A stretch of 64,000 bases of DNA from Prevotella sp. (GCA_031285625.1 JAITVV010000011.1:1-64000); one strand, 5' to 3'; counted from the stretch's first letter, positions 20,518 through 30,764 are shown. Notes: generated by a model not told the origin, from the sequence alone. A program made the numbers and translations.

Positions 20518-21576
20518 ATGAATCAATATGTATTTCCATTTTTTGGAGCAGGAGTATTTAAAGAATTCCCATATAAAACTATTCAATATTTTATTTGTTT
20601 CGAACAAAAACCAACAAAGAAGCAGTCTGAACAGATAGCAGACCTTGTTCCAGCCATAATGTTTATTCATGAGATTCTTCGAGATCAGTTGAGACTTAAA
20701 GGAATAGAGGGCTCAATCTTAGTATTACTTAGACCTCAGGCTGATGAAGTCATAGAGGAATTTAGCCAAACAGAAAATAATCCCTATGAGTTTTTTAACA
20801 ATGGAATGGAGCAAATTTTTCTAAAAATTCATGAAATATGCCCAATTATAGCAATAGTAAGAGAAAATGTTGAACTAAAAAATGGAATTTCACTTCCTCA
20901 AAGACAAAATAAGCTTTCGGATTGGCATAAATGGAGTTTATAGTTTGCAGATAATTTAATAAGAAGATGGAAAGAAAAACCAGATAAGGACATAAAGAAA
21001 ATTCTTCCTTCATTGATTAAAAATATATATTTATACCTTGAAGATGAAAACATAAAGCCTACACATTGTCAAGAGAGATCTTTTAGTGAGTATGAAGAAG
21101 ACAATGGAGGAGGAGAAGAAGATGATGATGAGAATAAATATGAAGAATTAAGTGAAGAATATTTCTCAACTGCGAATGGCGTCCTTGTACCTTTAATCAC
21201 TGAAGGCATAAAGAAAGCAATAAAGAAGTTTCGAAGTATCAAAGAAAAAGAAGGATTGGGCTTCTGCTGTATCTATGTGGATATGAATTATAAAAAGAAT
21301 ACTATGGAATTCTCATATGAAGATGAAGATTGCAATAAGTCTGGACATTTATATAGCTTTTTGATTGGTAGTGTTTTGTCAGAATGTTATGAAATGTTGG
21401 AACAAATGGAAGAATTAGGAGGAGGATATTCATACGAGCAAGCATTAAGCAACTGGTTTGAAGATGCTACTGCTGGTATATCTGTAAAAAGCTTCAAAGG
21501 ACTAAGTTTCTCTCTTAATGTTCCTGATGTTGGAGGTGATCCATATATTGAATGTTTCAATGAAGATAAAGCATAG
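20518..21576 (+). pseudogene. Hypothetical acidic protein interrupted by a single in-frame TAG at 20941-20943
   Basis: ORFs 20518-20943 and 21013-21576 share a frame and the 23 codons between them (FADNLIRRWKEKPDKDIKKILPS) contain no stop. Confidence 0.8.
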
Positions 21577-21593
21577 ATAAAAGGATAATTATC

Positions 21594-21631
21594 GTTTCAC
21601 TTTTGTAGAACATATTCTGCAAAAGTGAAAC
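21594..21631. terminator. Hairpin terminator between convergent genes
   Basis: GTTTCACTTTTGTAGAA-cata-TTCTGCAAAAGTGAAAC. Confidence 0.75.
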
Positions 21632-21635
21632 TAAA

Positions 21636-22397
21636 TTATTGTTTCTCAGTCAAATACTTCCAAAACCGTCTTGGCATATGCTGCCTTTGTAGTTTTAAAT
21701 TTATACGTTCCTTGATAGTCATTGATTTAAAATAGCCTTTCCATAATTCCTGAAATAACTTTTCATCATCGGCCATTAGCTTTTCATCCAGCTTCCCACT
21801 CAACAAATGTTCATCATTATCAAGGGTCATTTCGACCATTGTATCCAGATCATAATAATACCCATACTTTCGTTTAATATCATAGATAACCCATTTCTGG
21901 TCAGAAAACCGGTCTTTAAAATGCTCGACAGCAAGAGGTAAGGCATTATATTGCGGAGATATAGGTGCAAAGAAAATATCATCAGCAGCTTTCTGGAAAC
22001 GGACAAACTGTATTATGTAATGTTTTTCGTGAGACACTTTTTTTGCCAACTGATGAACTTCAAGAACATCTATATCTGCAAAGTTGGTTTCTATCGACAC
22101 CTTACTGTCAAATGTCTTCTTTATATAGCGAAACAATAACTCATCACTACCTTCTGCTTCCGACAACCATGTATATGTGAGCATATTACGTGCAAGCTTA
22201 CTCATCTTATTCTCTAACGACTTCCATACACGTGCAGATTTATCTTCTGCTGTAGTTACAGTATACTCTTCAGTCATAAACATAGGTGCAATTTCTCCAA
22301 TACCCAAAAGCCTGTCAGGAAATGTTTTCCGGCTATAGGCATCAAAAACTGCAGTCAGCAAGCCTTCAAAGGTTTTATCATAAAAGAATACCAACAT
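21636..22397 (-). CDS. TIGR03915 family putative DNA repair protein (DUF4130)
   Basis: YDKTFEGLLTAVF, FVRFQ, HFKDRF.DQ.W.IYD, QHMPRRFWKYLTE. Confidence 0.92.
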   Translation of the reverse strand: MLVFFYDKTFEGLLTAVFDAYSRKTFPDRLLGIGEIAPMFMTEEYTVTTAEDKSARVWKSLENKMSKLARNMLTYTWLSEAEGSDELLFRYIKKTFDSKVSIETNFADIDVLEVHQLAKKVSHEKHYIIQFVRFQKAADDIFFAPISPQYNALPLAVEHFKDRFSDQKWVIYDIKRKYGYYYDLDTMVEMTLDNDEHLLSGKLDEKLMADDEKLFQELWKGYFKSMTIKERINLKLQRQHMPRRFWKYLTEKQ

Positions 22398-22399
22398 AT

Positions 22400-23665
22400 T
22401 TAACTATCAGGAAAAATTATTGACAATTGGCTGTCATCTTTCTTCTTTTTCTTAGGTTCAGTCAGTATTTTACGTACATATTCGGGTGTAGCCTCATTTA
22501 CTGTATACATAGGCAGTTCATTGCATGTCATAAAATACTGCGCTTTTTTCATCACTACACCTATTTTCTTCAGATGAGTAGCATTCAGTCGCCCATGCCT
22601 GCGAGACATTACAATAAATTTTGCTGACTTCACCCCAATACCGGGTATACGCAATATCATAGAATAATCCGCCTTATTTATATCCACCGGAAACATTTCA
22701 GGATGACGAAGTGCCCATGCAAGTTTCGGATCAATTTCAAGGTCGAGGTCAGGATACGAATCATCTACAATTTCATCCGCTCTGTATTCATAAAACCTCA
22801 TGAGCCAATCTGCCTGATACAGACGATTTTCCCGTACCAACGGAGCCTGCTTCAAAGCCGGCAAACGACTATCGTAACTATTAACGGGAATAAAACCGGA
22901 ATAATACACCCGCCGCATCTGAGTCTGCTGATAAAGTATGGAAGAAACCCGTAAAATATCTTTATCTTTTTCATTCGTAGCCCCTACTATCATTTGTGTA
23001 CTTTGTCCGGCAGGAACAAAACGGGGTGCCTTCCTGAATTTTTTACGGTCTTCGATACTTTGTTGCATTCCCTGTTGAATATAGCGCATTGGTTTATACA
23101 CGCTACGATGATCTTTTTCGGGAGCTAATAACTTCAAGTTCGCTTCGGTTGGTATTTCCAGATTTACGCTCATACGATCGGCATACAGTCCGGCTTCGTT
23201 TACCAGTTCCGGACTCGATCCGGGAATACTTTTCATATGAATATACCCGTTAAAACGATGAGTCTCACGAAGATTCTTTACCACACGTACCATCCGCTCC
23301 ATAGTATAATCAGGATTATTGATCACTCCTGAACTAAGGAAAAGCCCCTCGATATAATTCCTCCTATAAAATTCAATTGTCAGATCGACCAGTTCGTTCA
23401 CCGTGAAAGTAGCTCTTCTTATATCATTACTTCTGCGATTGATACAGTAAGCACAATCATAGATGCAGAAATTAGTAAGCATTATTTTCAGTAATGAGAC
23501 ACATCGCCCATCCTCTGTAAAGCTGTGGCATATACCCATTCCACCTACCGTATTGCCCAGTCCGCCCGCTTTATTATTGCGGACAGTGCCACTGGAAGAA
23601 CAGGAAACATCATATTTTGCTGATTCTGCCAATACTTTCAGTTTTTCGAGTACATTATCGTTCAT
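22400..23665 (-). CDS. Putative DNA modification/repair radical SAM protein (TIGR03916)
   Basis: AKYDVSCSSSG, GICHSF, CIYDCAYC cluster motif, RENRLYQADWL, HhH LRIPGIGVKSA; TATTTTTG box at 23716-23723 (-). Confidence 0.95.
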   Translation of the reverse strand: MNDNVLEKLKVLAESAKYDVSCSSSGTVRNNKAGGLGNTVGGMGICHSFTEDGRCVSLLKIMLTNFCIYDCAYCINRRSNDIRRATFTVNELVDLTIEFYRRNYIEGLFLSSGVINNPDYTMERMVRVVKNLRETHRFNGYIHMKSIPGSSPELVNEAGLYADRMSVNLEIPTEANLKLLAPEKDHRSVYKPMRYIQQGMQQSIEDRKKFRKAPRFVPAGQSTQMIVGATNEKDKDILRVSSILYQQTQMRRVYYSGFIPVNSYDSRLPALKQAPLVRENRLYQADWLMRFYEYRADEIVDDSYPDLDLEIDPKLAWALRHPEMFPVDINKADYSMILRIPGIGVKSAKFIVMSRRHGRLNATHLKKIGVVMKKAQYFMTCNELPMYTVNEATPEYVRKILTEPKKKKKDDSQLSIIFPDS

Positions 23666-23900
23666 AAAATCGAAGACACTTTTTGATAAATGAGTAATAA
23701 TAAGTGATTATGATTCAAAAATATATGATCAAGTACTTATTGCATTTTCTTCTTACAAAGAAAGAAATTTTGATCGAGAGGCAGCAACAAAAAACATTAA
23801 AAGATTACAGCCTGTTGAAAAGTTTATTTTCCATAAAAAGCAACAAATAAAATGATACTTCAATAAATATAACTTACTATAAATCAACTATAAAATATAA

Positions 23901-23982
23901 AAAAGTGACAAAAGTAACAGTTTTTAGTCCGTTTTCAATTGTTACATTATCATCTAAACAAAGAGCTCTTTATATAAGATAA
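23901..23982 (-). repeat. GTAACA/TGTTACTTTTGTCAC intergenic element, copy 3
   Basis: Plus strand reads AAAAGTGACAAAAGTAACA 23901-23919, TGTTAC 23940, AGATAA 23977-23982. Confidence 0.8.
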
Positions 23983-24038
23983 TAATTGGATTATAAGTTA
24001 AAAATCATATAATGAGGTTGTCTCGAAAGTATCTTCAT

Positions 24039-24145
24039 TCTTTGTCATGTTGAACGGAGTGAATTGAAAATCGGCAGAGCGAAGCGGAGCCAAACTCTCG
24101 TGTCTGGAGGATCGAGATTCTTCACTACATTCAGAATGACAAAGA
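24039..24145 (+). repeat. TGTCAT...ATGACA palindromic (REP-like) repeat, long form, copy A
   Basis: TCTTTGTCAT/ATGACAAAGA ends; highly similar to 41150-41257 and to the reverse complement of 49790-49896. Confidence 0.9.
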
Positions 24146-24378
24146 TCGTATCACAGAATCTTAATATTTCATGCGAATCAGTATTTGAATAAAAGCAAAG
24201 TGTGCAGTATATTTTAAAGAATATATAAATTCATTATAGGATATTTTTAATTAGATACATATTTTCAATTATTTTAACCTAAAGTGAAAAAAAATAAGAT
24301 TGAAAATATAGTTAAAAACACTAGTTTTACTTATATTTGTATTATCACATCGATAATATTTACAGCAAATCAACAATT

Positions 24379-25578
24379 ATGAATAAACTATATATATTCT
24401 TCATTATAATATTGTGTTCTAACATATTATATGCACAAGACAAACCTGTATATAAACATTCCGAATTAGACATTATTGTCAACAATGTCAAAGAGCAATA
24501 TATTCCCGATAAAAGAATAAAAGTTTTTGATGTAAAAGTCGATGATAGCAACAGAAGACCAACTCTACAAGGAGTAACTTCCGATGTAACTGCATATAAT
24601 GAAGTGATCAGACAAGCCAAAGAAGCTTACGGATCGGACTTTGTAGATAAAATAAAATTATTACCTGAGAGTGACTTGGGAGATAAAACATATGGTGTAA
24701 TCACTCTATCGGTTGCAGATATACGCGTCGAAGGCAAATTTTCGGCAGAGATGGCCACTCAGGCTACACTAGGAACCCCAATCAGAATACTGCAAAAAGA
24801 CAGATGGAGCCGGATACAGACTCCCGACGGATATATAGCATGGACACAGGAGATAAACTACCAACCAATGACAAAACCGGAATATGAAAGCTGGAAAAAA
24901 TCTGAAAAGGTAATATTCACAGACTATTTTGGTTTCTCATATAAAGAACCGGATACAAAAAGCCAAACTGTATCTGATCTGGTTAGTAATAATATCATGA
25001 AACTTGAAGGAGATAGTGGAGACTTTTACAAAGTTTCATATCCCGACGGCCGTATTGGTTATATCTTAAAAAATCAGAGCAAACCTTACAATGAATGGCT
25101 AGCTTCTGTTAACATTACAGGAGATAGTTTTGTACAAAAAGCTTATACACTGATGGGAATCCCATATGTATGGGGAGGAACATCTGTTAAAGGAATGGAC
25201 TGTAGCGGGTTTACTAAAACAATAATGCTCATGCATGGCATCATACTCATGCGCGACGCCTCACAACAAGCATATACGGGGATTCCTGTAGATATAAGCA
25301 AAGGATATAAAAACCTACAAGTAGGAGATCTTATGTTCTTTGGTAAAAAAGCAGAAAAAGATAAAAAGGAACGTGTACGTCATGTTGCCTTTTATATAGG
25401 CAATAATAAATTTATTCATGCTTCGGGATATATCAGAATAAGCAGCCTAAACCCTGCAGACCCTGATTATGATGAAACAAACACTAAAGAATTTATCAGG
25501 GCATCACGTATTATCGGAGCTGTAGATAAGGAAGGATCAGGCATCTGGTCTATTTCAGGTAATTCTTTTTACAAATAA
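24379..25578 (+). CDS. NlpC/P60 (C40) peptidase with SH3b domains, gamma-D-Glu-diamino acid endopeptidase (YkfC/DPP VI-like)
   Basis: Signal peptide from ATG 24379 (TATATTTG at 24332-24339); PYVWGG, DCSG, RDASQQ, HVAFY, FIHAS. Confidence 0.92.
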   Translation: MNKLYIFFIIILCSNILYAQDKPVYKHSELDIIVNNVKEQYIPDKRIKVFDVKVDDSNRRPTLQGVTSDVTAYNEVIRQAKEAYGSDFVDKIKLLPESDLGDKTYGVITLSVADIRVEGKFSAEMATQATLGTPIRILQKDRWSRIQTPDGYIAWTQEINYQPMTKPEYESWKKSEKVIFTDYFGFSYKEPDTKSQTVSDLVSNNIMKLEGDSGDFYKVSYPDGRIGYILKNQSKPYNEWLASVNITGDSFVQKAYTLMGIPYVWGGTSVKGMDCSGFTKTIMLMHGIILMRDASQQAYTGIPVDISKGYKNLQVGDLMFFGKKAEKDKKERVRHVAFYIGNNKFIHASGYIRISSLNPADPDYDETNTKEFIRASRIIGAVDKEGSGIWSISGNSFYK

Positions 25579-25595
25579 ACCTAATACTATAAATC

Positions 25596-26741
25596 ATGCC
25601 TCAATCAAGACGGAAATTTCTAAAAGCGGCTGCATTTACAGCCATTGGAACAGGAATTTTAGCAGGAAATCCTTTAGAAGCATTTTCCTTGAATAACAAG
25701 AAAACAGTTTCTCTGAATAAGAAAATGAAGCTAAGCTTCAAATCTTATGATTTACAGTTGCGTCATGTATTCACAATAGCCAATTCATCACGCACCACAA
25801 CCCCTGTTGTGCTGACAGAAATCACATATGATGGCATAACCGGCTATGGGGAAGCATCCCTCCCACCCTATTTGGGAGAAACACAGGCCTCCGTAATCGA
25901 ATTTCTAAAAAAAGTAAATCTGGAACAATTCTCGAGTCCATTCGAACTGGAAGATATACTTAACTATATAGACAAAATAACAGAAAACAATACTGCTGCA
26001 AAAGCATCAATCGACATTGCTTTGCACGATCTGGCAGGTAAAATAATGGGACAACCCTGGTATAAAATATGGGGACTTGATAAAGAAAAAACACCGTCTA
26101 CAACCTTCACAATAGGAATTGATACAGATGAAGTTGTAAAACAAAAAACAAGAGAAGCTGCCCCATTGTATAATATACTGAAAGTAAAGCTGGGACGTGA
26201 TAATGATAAGCAGATGATCGAGGCCATACGCAGTGTAACCGATAAACCGATTGCTGTAGATGCCAATCAGGGCTGGAAAGATAAACATTATGCTCTGGAT
26301 ATGATAAACTGGCTGAAAGAACGTGGTATAGTCATGGTAGAGCAACCGATGCCCAAGTATAACCTGGAAGATGCAGCCTGGGTTACAGAGCGGAGTCCAT
26401 TACCTATATTTGCCGACGAATCATTCCAGCGCTTACACGATGTACTGCGGCTAAAAGGGGCATTTACAGGTGTAAATATAAAACTGATGAAATGTACCGG
26501 AATGCGCGAAGCCTGGAAAATCCTTACTGTTGCACGTGCCGCCAATATGCAGGTAATGGTAGGTTGTATGACCGAAACTTCGTGTGCTATATCAGCAGCA
26601 ACACAGATTTCGCCAGCTGTAGACTGGGCAGACCTGGATGGTAATTTACTTATAAGTAACGACTGTTTCAAAGGTGCGACTGTGATAAAAGGCAAACTCC
26701 ATCTGGATGATACTCCGGGTATTGGTGTTGAGAAGCTTTGA
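25596..26741 (+). CDS. L-Ala-D/L-Glu dipeptide epimerase (enolase superfamily) with Tat signal
   Basis: SRRKFL leader; KVK, DANQG, EQP, ADES, NIKLMK, GCM.E, DLDG. Confidence 0.92.
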   Translation: MPQSRRKFLKAAAFTAIGTGILAGNPLEAFSLNNKKTVSLNKKMKLSFKSYDLQLRHVFTIANSSRTTTPVVLTEITYDGITGYGEASLPPYLGETQASVIEFLKKVNLEQFSSPFELEDILNYIDKITENNTAAKASIDIALHDLAGKIMGQPWYKIWGLDKEKTPSTTFTIGIDTDEVVKQKTREAAPLYNILKVKLGRDNDKQMIEAIRSVTDKPIAVDANQGWKDKHYALDMINWLKERGIVMVEQPMPKYNLEDAAWVTERSPLPIFADESFQRLHDVLRLKGAFTGVNIKLMKCTGMREAWKILTVARAANMQVMVGCMTETSCAISAATQISPAVDWADLDGNLLISNDCFKGATVIKGKLHLDDTPGIGVEKL

Positions 26742-26827
26742 TAATTTTATTTAGATATAAAGATAGATTCCTGTATTTTATTTTGTTCTATCTTTGCGCA
26801 TATTTACCATAACTAATATAAAAATAC

Positions 26828-27676
26828 GTGATATTATTAGCTGAAAGTGGCTCTACAAAAACCGAATGGTGCATGGTTGACAGAAGTGGAATTGCAGAAC
26901 ATTTCTTGTCGGACGGTGTTAATCCTTTTTTCCAAACAAGAAAAGAGATCAGCCGTTTGATCCGTTTGCAATTGCCACCTATATTCTTTAAGACAAAATT
27001 CAGTAACATTTATTTTTATGGTGCAGGTTGCTCCTCCATTGAAAAGAAAGGTCTTGTAAAGGCATCATTAGAGGCACAATTCAAAACACCATCTATTATC
27101 GAAAGTGATTTACTAGGCTCCGCCCGTTCATTGTTTCAGGATGAAGCAGGCATAGCATGCATTTTAGGCACAGGCTCAAATTCCTGTTTTTATGATGGAA
27201 ATGAAATCGTTAAGAATGTCAAATCATTAGGATATATACTTGGTGATGAAGGAAGTGGAGCATCATTAGGCAAAGCCTTTTTATCCGATTGTTTAAAGGG
27301 ATTGGCACCCAAGGAATTAATAGACCCATTCTATAAGAAATACAAGATCGAGCCAGATGAAATAATGGATTACATCTACTCTAAACCATTCCCCAACAAG
27401 CTTTTATCAGTCCTTTCTTTTTTCTTATACGAATATCTCGAACACCCTTATGTGAACAATCTCGTTCGCAAGAACTTAAGATCTTTTTTTGAAAGAAATA
27501 TTCTACAATATGAATATACTGAATATCCGATACGCTTTGTTGGCTCGGTTGCCAAAATGTATTCATTCATACTGAGGGAAATAGCACAGGACATTGGCAT
27601 CTATATAGATGTGATAATTGAGAACCCTATAAAGGGGCTGATTGAATACCACCGCGAAAACGGGCAATTATTATAA
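26828..27676 (+). CDS. BadF/BadG/BcrA/BcrD family sugar kinase (MurNAc/GlcNAc kinase-like), paralog 1
   Basis: AESGSTKT, FYGAGC, CILGTGSNS, LGYILGDEGSG; TATCTTTG promoter at 26789-26796. Confidence 0.85.
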   Translation: MILLAESGSTKTEWCMVDRSGIAEHFLSDGVNPFFQTRKEISRLIRLQLPPIFFKTKFSNIYFYGAGCSSIEKKGLVKASLEAQFKTPSIIESDLLGSARSLFQDEAGIACILGTGSNSCFYDGNEIVKNVKSLGYILGDEGSGASLGKAFLSDCLKGLAPKELIDPFYKKYKIEPDEIMDYIYSKPFPNKLLSVLSFFLYEYLEHPYVNNLVRKNLRSFFERNILQYEYTEYPIRFVGSVAKMYSFILREIAQDIGIYIDVIIENPIKGLIEYHRENGQLL

Positions 27677-27681
27677 GATAA

Positions 27682-27709
27682 AAAAGGACACATTTACATG
27701 TGTCCTTTT
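27682..27709. terminator. Bidirectional intrinsic terminator
   Basis: AAAAGGACACAT-ttac-ATGTGTCCTTTT between convergent genes. Confidence 0.85.
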
Positions 27710-27728
27710 CAGTTTAGATATCAACCAT

Positions 27729-30700
27729 TTATTTAAATATGAATGAAAGAATATTTGACATAAGATCATATCGTTCTTTCTCATCTTTAATTACCTCAAA
27801 AGGGAATCCCAATACACATGTCTTATAACTTCCATTATAAGCAACACCCGCACTCAGATTATTTTCCGAGTACCTGAATATTGTATAGCTATTCTCGCCC
27901 ACAGGCTCTATGGCATCAGGAGATTCTACAGCATAGCAATCGGCATTCAGCTTCGAATGGAACTCGTAGTTTCCTGATAATACAGGAAGTGGAGAGGCAA
28001 TACATTTCACTTTACCTTCTACAGCAGCCCTGTCAACACGCCATTTATATTTCAATATATCAGCAGCAAACTGCTGATCTTCTTTCAATGGGTTTTCAGT
28101 ATCCCACAAATCAGAGGCTACATAGGCCCCACTAATAAATATATTACCTCCCTGCTTACAATATTCAGTGATCTTATTTTGTAATTCTACAGGGAAAGTT
28201 TTAAACTCAGCAGGATAAACACCTCTTCCTATTTTTGTTTGTTTTTGCTTTCCTAATATAAGGTCAACCAGTTTATATGATTTCATATCCACTTTATCAG
28301 AAACAATGGCATCGCGGCTCGCTGATACAAAAGAATACCCGGCATAGGCAATAGCAGCACCATGAATAGAAGGAAAATCGAATGTATTTCCTGCAACTAC
28401 CTTTGACTCAAAATTAGCATTACTGGCACCAAATCCGGGAGCATCATCATCCATCCAGGGAATAATCCTTCTGAATTCGTACTGGTTACCAATATAATTA
28501 TACTCTACCTTATCAGGCACACCATGATCTATAAAGTCTAAGAATCCTGCAATACTATCTGTAGATGCGAAACTATATGGTGCTGATATACGATCAAAAC
28601 CATTCACAATCAACACTTGTCCTTTTTCGTTTGATTTACGGCAAACCGAGAGTATCTCTGAAGGGAAACTCTCACCTCCGTCATTTACAGCAGCTATTTT
28701 ATAACTATAAATCTTATCTTTTTCTATCGGCAAAATAGCATTGGATTTACTTACAATCTGTCCATTGTCAAAGTCACCATCACCAATACGGGTATAAATA
28801 ATATATCTATCCGGCGTTGCTGTCGGTTCCGACACATCATTCACAGGAACCCAGTTTAGCTTTACTTGTGTATCACCTGAAAATTCTGCACTGAAAGATG
28901 TAACAGGTAATGGTTGTACGACAAAATCATTTCCATATTGATAAGCCACAAACTTAAGCATCCCCTTATAAATAGATCTGCTAACAGTAAACCTGAAACG
29001 TGGATCAAGACCATATTTCATATCAGCAAAATTCTGATGCGATAATAGCTCAAGAAGCATAGTAGGCACATTGGGTACACGGGCCTCACTGTATGACCTG
29101 TTCCACATATGCCTGCGTGTCCATTCCGGTTCGTATTTTAACCGTATATCTTTCACAATCTCATCCATAATAATATTAGTGAGATCGCGGGATGCCCAGC
29201 GAGACTTACCATTATCAAATATCTCTTCATTATGATGTGTCATATATATACCCAATGTCCCAATAATAGAATCATTAAATGTTGTTCCCGCATCGGTATG
29301 AAAGGCCATTGCCAGATCGACCGGAATATTCAACCCATCGCTCTTAGGTAAAACAGAAGAACCTCCTGCTATATAGTTCACCCAGAAGCCCCGGCTTTGA
29401 TAGTCATCGGTATAATCATTCTTACTTTCACTCTTATTATAAACACTATCCGGTGCCCCAGCCCACTGTAGCCAATATCTGGCTCCTTCGGTATACCGCG
29501 GATAACCACTTATTTCCGGTTTATAGTCTATAACAGGAAGCTTCTTTATATTGTCAGCATCAATAGATTCAGAACTTTTTGCATTATCAGTAACTACACC
29601 ACTTGAATGAGGTAAGCGGGCAATATTACCCATTCCCCCTCCTATCTTTACAGCATCTGCCGTAATTACGCGTCCGGCTTTATTACTTTTATTGCTAAGA
29701 ACAATCTTTAGATTTTCATTTACTCCTTTGTCAAAAGAGAAAAAGCCCAGGAATATCCATGTTCCACCACCCATTTTCTGGTTAATACTAAATTCGGTTT
29801 TTCCCCCTAAGTGATAAACTGTATATTTGGCATCATCTGCACTGTTTTTTAAAGTTTTATATGAAATATACACCCCATATTGGCCTTTTTCCGGTATATC
29901 GGGAATCCACTCACAAAAGCTTTCATCACCTTTGCTTATTGTTTTCACCTGACGATAAGAGCCCGATCTGAATGGATTTTCTCCATCCAGATATGACTCT
30001 TTCAAATTTGCAAACCCTTCTAGTAAGCCAGCTGTCCAGCTGTCTTTTCCATTTTCTTCTCTATAAATGGAATTACTTTTAACCTTATCGTTGTCTACTA
30101 TTATTTCATGTTTTTGAATATCTCTTTCGCGTGGCAATAATACATTTGCCCCTGCATTTTCCAGCATAGGTACTAAATATGGCAATACATAACTTTGCGT
30201 ATACAAGTCTTCCACCGTTTGCAGTACACGAGCGCGTTGCCATTCCCATCGTGCCAGTTTTTGCTCATAATACCATCCATGACTCTGCCACAATGCCAAG
30301 TGATGGTTTTCTAATCCTTTCCCGGCTGTATATGGTTTTGATAAATTCCTAATCAGAGGTTTGTCTAATTTATTCGCGAATAAATCTTTTTTGTTTCGGG
30401 CAAATAAAACAAGATCTTCAATCTTTTGAGTATCAGTTATGAGTTCTAATTTATATTTTTTATATTCAGATGGGAGGATATCCCTTATTCGGGAATAGAC
30501 ATCCTCTACATCCTTTTGATTAACAGGTATATATGACAAATTAACTCCGGCAAATAAACTGATTGTTTTCTTTTTTATGTCAACCGAATCTATTTTCACC
30601 TTACCGACAGTTACATCTTTATTAGCAAACCCTGTAAGGTAGTTTCCTATCTCGGAACGAATATGTTCTGAAATATCCTGTGCTTTTATTTCATGGATTG

Positions 30701-30752
30701 AAAAACATGAGATAAATAAAATAGAAGTAAGTAAAGCTAAACTTTTTTTCAT
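27729..30752 (-). CDS. Secreted 'xanthan lyase'/golvesin-domain FN3 protein, probable N-acetylmuramoyl-L-alanine amidase (Amidase_3 fold)
   Basis: Signal peptide; ALWQSHG, VEDL, AFHTDAG and PTMLLELLSH resemble Amidase_3 H/E/H/E residues; golvesin-like IIVDN...GGGTWIFLG...ADAVK; FN3 YSYKIAAVNDGGES. Confidence 0.75.
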   Translation of the reverse strand: MKKSLALLTSILFISCFSIHEIKAQDISEHIRSEIGNYLTGFANKDVTVGKVKIDSVDIKKKTISLFAGVNLSYIPVNQKDVEDVYSRIRDILPSEYKKYKLELITDTQKIEDLVLFARNKKDLFANKLDKPLIRNLSKPYTAGKGLENHHLALWQSHGWYYEQKLARWEWQRARVLQTVEDLYTQSYVLPYLVPMLENAGANVLLPRERDIQKHEIIVDNDKVKSNSIYREENGKDSWTAGLLEGFANLKESYLDGENPFRSGSYRQVKTISKGDESFCEWIPDIPEKGQYGVYISYKTLKNSADDAKYTVYHLGGKTEFSINQKMGGGTWIFLGFFSFDKGVNENLKIVLSNKSNKAGRVITADAVKIGGGMGNIARLPHSSGVVTDNAKSSESIDADNIKKLPVIDYKPEISGYPRYTEGARYWLQWAGAPDSVYNKSESKNDYTDDYQSRGFWVNYIAGGSSVLPKSDGLNIPVDLAMAFHTDAGTTFNDSIIGTLGIYMTHHNEEIFDNGKSRWASRDLTNIIMDEIVKDIRLKYEPEWTRRHMWNRSYSEARVPNVPTMLLELLSHQNFADMKYGLDPRFRFTVSRSIYKGMLKFVAYQYGNDFVVQPLPVTSFSAEFSGDTQVKLNWVPVNDVSEPTATPDRYIIYTRIGDGDFDNGQIVSKSNAILPIEKDKIYSYKIAAVNDGGESFPSEILSVCRKSNEKGQVLIVNGFDRISAPYSFASTDSIAGFLDFIDHGVPDKVEYNYIGNQYEFRRIIPWMDDDAPGFGASNANFESKVVAGNTFDFPSIHGAAIAYAGYSFVSASRDAIVSDKVDMKSYKLVDLILGKQKQTKIGRGVYPAEFKTFPVELQNKITEYCKQGGNIFISGAYVASDLWDTENPLKEDQQFAADILKYKWRVDRAAVEGKVKCIASPLPVLSGNYEFHSKLNADCYAVESPDAIEPVGENSYTIFRYSENNLSAGVAYNGSYKTCVLGFPFEVIKDEKERYDLMSNILSFIFK

Positions 30753-30764
30753 TGTATATTATTA

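Noticed and set aside
20941-20943. Genome-wide amber recoding
   Set aside because: TAG serves as a normal stop at 21574-21576 and 61481-61483, and no other gene in the window is interrupted
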